A stretch of DNA of 64,000 bases from Aplysia californica (lineage: Eukaryota), in NCBI RefSeq assembly GCF_000002075.1, contig NW_004797297.1:731760-795759 (forward strand), read 5' to 3'. A program made the translations under genes and the position numbers. The notes beneath the pieces were generated by a model that saw only the letters and a program-made list of their open reading frames with translations, had not been told where the DNA came from and did no database searches. Positions 62,561 through 64,000 of the stretch are shown here, one piece after another (the first letter of the stretch is position 1; each line of letters begins with the position of its first letter).

Positions 62561-64000
62561 TGATGAAGTCATACTTCAGAATGTGGCTTCCAAAATAATT
62601 TTAGTTGATTTAGGCATTATTTTTCCTATTTTCAGATTTAAAAAACGAATGAAAGAAACGGAATGATGCAGAGTTGAATTCAGGAGAACATCAGTATTTC
62701 ATGACTTCTTTGGTGCTGTTTCCTTTTAACAGTTGTGCTTCTTTCCCAGGCACAAATATTTTCACGTTTAGTTATTAAGGAGTGGGATGCTCAATGGAAT
62801 TATGAGCGTTTTTTTGGCCGTACAACATGTAATACAAATGCTAATATCCTTGTGAAAAATTACTTTTATTCCTCTCTGTAATGTCACTTGATTTTTAACT
62901 TGGCTGTAAATGATGTTTCATGAGTTGAGACAGTTGTTTATGATCAGAGAGTAAGTGGTATGATTGTCTGGCAAATATTGTGTAACAACAACAGCATCAA
63001 CGTTATAGTCTTTGTCTATTCTTGTCACATTGCCTGTCCTATTGGCTTTACATATGATGTTTGTTGACATAATGGCATATCAATGTTGTCTGAAAATGTG
63101 AGGCATTTTTCTCGGATAAAAAACATCTTAGTGTTTGGTTAGTCAAAGATTATATGGCTAAGAAAGATTTTAGATCTATTAGTTTTGTATGTATATTATA
63201 AATATATGTATGTCGCCCATCCTGTAAACAATTTTCTGTTTTGTTTTGCCTTGGTTGTTTTTGTTTGGGATGTTTTTAATCGCAGCTTCCTTGGTATTAT
63301 GATATATCGTGGTATTGAGTTGCAATGTTGAAAAAAAACAAACCTTTGATTTTGTTTATTTTCTGTTGCTGAAGAGCCATCCTTTGCTGTAAATGTAATG
63401 GAAATTTTCCTTTAGAAATGGGACTGCAATATCCTGATGGTTCTCAATCATCTTTTCTCCTTGTGAGTGAGCAGTTGGATAATGGCTTTTGTAGGTCCTA
63501 TTTCATCACCATCCTGCTGTTTTGTCAAGCCTTCTTGATTTTTTAAATTAACACTTAATGACCATTATCAAAACAGTTGAAATTGCCTTAAGGGTAACTT
63601 GTGTAGGACGGAAACTTGTCATAACAAAATCTCCTCGCTCCCCCCTTAATATATTAGGCCTACCTTTAAATATGGAGACTCGTCTCATGCAGAAACGGAA
63701 AGAGAAATTCCTTCATTTTGGAGGGTTTTTGCTGGTCTAAGATGGAAAATGCTTTGCCTTCTCAGCCCTGATTTGAAACAAAACTATCACCTTGAACCTG
63801 TGGGCCATACCGCCAGGCAAAGAATGGGAGTAGGGGTGCAATGTAGGGATAGATGTTGCCACTTCTATGTGAGACCGTAGTGGTGCAGATGGTCAGTGTG
63901 GTGTGGGTGTGAAATCTCACCAGTGCCTGTGAAAGTGCTTGAGTGATACTCCAGCCTGAAAGCTTTCATGTGTAGCCACAGGCCAGATGTAGGAAATTTG

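Overview
AT-rich eukaryotic genomic DNA with many N gaps. An invertebrate animal, probably a lophotrochozoan such as a mollusc; this is inferred from the SINE types and a DUF3011/ADEL-type lectin domain. Three spliced protein-coding genes can be reconstructed by hand with consistent exon phases. (1) A two-exon, probably secreted protein on the + strand (2898-6554, 181 aa) joining a PAN/apple-like domain to a DUF3011/ADEL-like domain. (2) A complete 17-coding-exon VAC14 gene on the - strand (29093-54473, 731 aa) with one U12-type minor intron. (3) A four-exon MARVEL-domain (CMTM/plasmolipin-like) membrane protein on the + strand (55031-59642, 296 aa), head-to-head with VAC14 across 557 bp that carry E-box/CLEAR-like, CCAAT, YY1-like and ETS motifs. 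The rest is degenerate LINE fragments, tRNA-derived SINEs (two young copies with TSDs), non-autonomous DNA transposons (one nested in a dead Tc1) and micro/minisatellites. The most unusual features are three VAC14 introns with tandem arrays made of splice-site-like units, a long intronic hairpin with a strong sense-strand G-U bias, and the PAN-DUF3011 fusion. All alignments were done by eye; no database search was run.
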